Shown here piece by piece: positions 62,949 to 64,000 of a DNA stretch of 64,000 nucleotides. The translations under genes were made by a program, and so were the position numbers. The first letter of the stretch is position 1, and every line of letters begins with the position of its first letter. Under the pieces are notes generated by a model that did no database searches, was not told the origin of the DNA, and saw only the letters and a program-made list of their open reading frames with translations. The DNA is from an uncultured Gammaproteobacteria bacterium (GTDB taxonomy: Bacteria > Pseudomonadota > Gammaproteobacteria > Arenicellales > JAANXG01), in NCBI GenBank assembly GCA_947259175.1, contig CAMYKW010000005.1, positions 1,732 through 65,731 of the forward strand. The letters are read 5' to 3'.

Positions 62949-63869
62949 ATGTCCGAAGTCATTCTGCACCACTATCCGCAATCCCCGGTTTCCGAAAAAG
63001 TCCGTGTCGCTTTGGGCATCAAAGGGCTGGATTGGCAATCCGTGCAGATTCCGCGATATCCGCCGAAACCGGATTTAATGCCGCTCACCGGTGGTTATCG
63101 CCGCACCCCGGTGATGCAGATCGGCGCCAACGTGTACTGCGACAGCCAATGCATCATCGGGGAATTGGAGCGGCGCTTCCCGGAGCCGAGCCTGTTCCCG
63201 GGCGGCAGCGCCGGGTTGGCCTGGGGTGTCAGCCGCTGGACCGACGGCCCGCTGTTCACCGCGGTGGTCGCGGCGATCTTCGGTGAGCAAGGCCACGATC
63301 TGCCGGAGGAATTCGCTTCCGACCGCGGCCGCTTGTATTTCGGCCGGGACTACAACATCGACGTTCTTATCCGGGGTCTGCCCGACGCGCTGGCGCAAGT
63401 TCGCGCCCAGCTTTCCTGGATCGACCAACGCCTGGCCGACGGACGCCGGTTTCTGTTGGGGCCGCAGCCCGGACTCCCCGATGCGCTGTGTTATTACCTG
63501 GTGTGGTTTTTTCGCGGCCGCGTCGGCGCCGCACCCGCCCTGCTCGACGAACTGCCGAGGCTCGAGGCCTGGGAACAACGGGTGGCCTCGCTGGGCCATG
63601 GCCGACCGGTGGACCTGGCGGCGGATCAAGCCCTCGACATCGCACGCGACTCGCAGCCGGAGGTGTCGGAGTCGATCGATGCCGCGGATCCGCTACGGCG
63701 AACTTTAGGCGAAACCGTGGGGGTGGTCCCCGACGGCGACGGCGGAGATCCAACGGTGAGGGGTCGGCTCGCGCGCCTCACCCGGGACACGGTGGTCATA
63801 ACACGCCATGATGAGCGCGTTGGCGACGTGGCGGTTCACTTTCCACGAGTCGGTTATCGCGTGGTGTAA
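62949..63869 (+). CDS. Glutathione S-transferase family protein
   Basis: HHYPQSPVSEK, GGYRRTPVMQIG, VHFPRVGY; in-frame upstream ATG at 62919 lies in the repeat. Confidence 0.88.
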   Translation: MSEVILHHYPQSPVSEKVRVALGIKGLDWQSVQIPRYPPKPDLMPLTGGYRRTPVMQIGANVYCDSQCIIGELERRFPEPSLFPGGSAGLAWGVSRWTDGPLFTAVVAAIFGEQGHDLPEEFASDRGRLYFGRDYNIDVLIRGLPDALAQVRAQLSWIDQRLADGRRFLLGPQPGLPDALCYYLVWFFRGRVGAAPALLDELPRLEAWEQRVASLGHGRPVDLAADQALDIARDSQPEVSESIDAADPLRRTLGETVGVVPDGDGGDPTVRGRLARLTRDTVVITRHDERVGDVAVHFPRVGYRVV

Positions 63870-63932
63870 ACCGAGGTCAAGCGAAGGCATCGAAAGTCGT
63901 TGTAATGCGGACTCCCTGGCGCTGTGTGCAGG

Positions 63933-64000
63933 CTAAATCAAATTGCGCAGCATCAATTCCGACGGGTGCGGACTGAGATACACCTGTTGTTCGATGTAGG
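63933..64000 (-). CDS. Possible 3' end of a gene cut by the window edge
   Basis: Open frame ...YIEQQVYLSPHPSELMLRNLI-stop, convergent with the GST. Confidence 0.35.
   Translation of the reverse strand, partial: YIEQQVYLSPHPSELMLRNLI

Overview
High-GC core-genome segment of a non-enteric Gammaproteobacterium (inferred from gene order and content). It holds about 60 mostly minus-strand housekeeping genes: a YeeE/YedE transporter, queC-queE, tol-pal with cpoB and ybgC, ruvCAB, yebC, nudB, aspS, pmbA/tldD, a nitrilase, yhdP, rng, maf, rlmH, rsfS, nadD, proA, holA, lptE, leuS, mrcB with an LpoP-like lipoprotein, cfa, a radical SAM gene, an orphan GspE ATPase, a DUF885 protein, rpe-gph-trpEGDC, degQ, a 5'-nucleotidase, AddAB-like helicase/nuclease genes, a methyltransferase/glycosyltransferase pair and GSTs. 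I saw no rRNA, tRNA, CRISPR array, integrase or transposase. The unusual material is non-coding. An ERIC-like palindromic miniature element occurs three times (19.05, 39.38 and 62.76 kb). It hosts a second cassette of about 105 bp with 16-bp inverted arms and a diverged 71-72 bp AT-rich core. This cassette always sits in the same orientation immediately 5' of CCTGG, in 0, 2 and 1 copies respectively, and one copy shows a compensatory arm change. One host copy has replaced the C-terminus of yhdP. Also present are an unannotated Trp-rich leader peptide before trpE, GTGG-type REPs, a three-way-junction element and a switch-like leader before the 5'-nucleotidase. Many start codons were refined by eye and differ from the ORF track.
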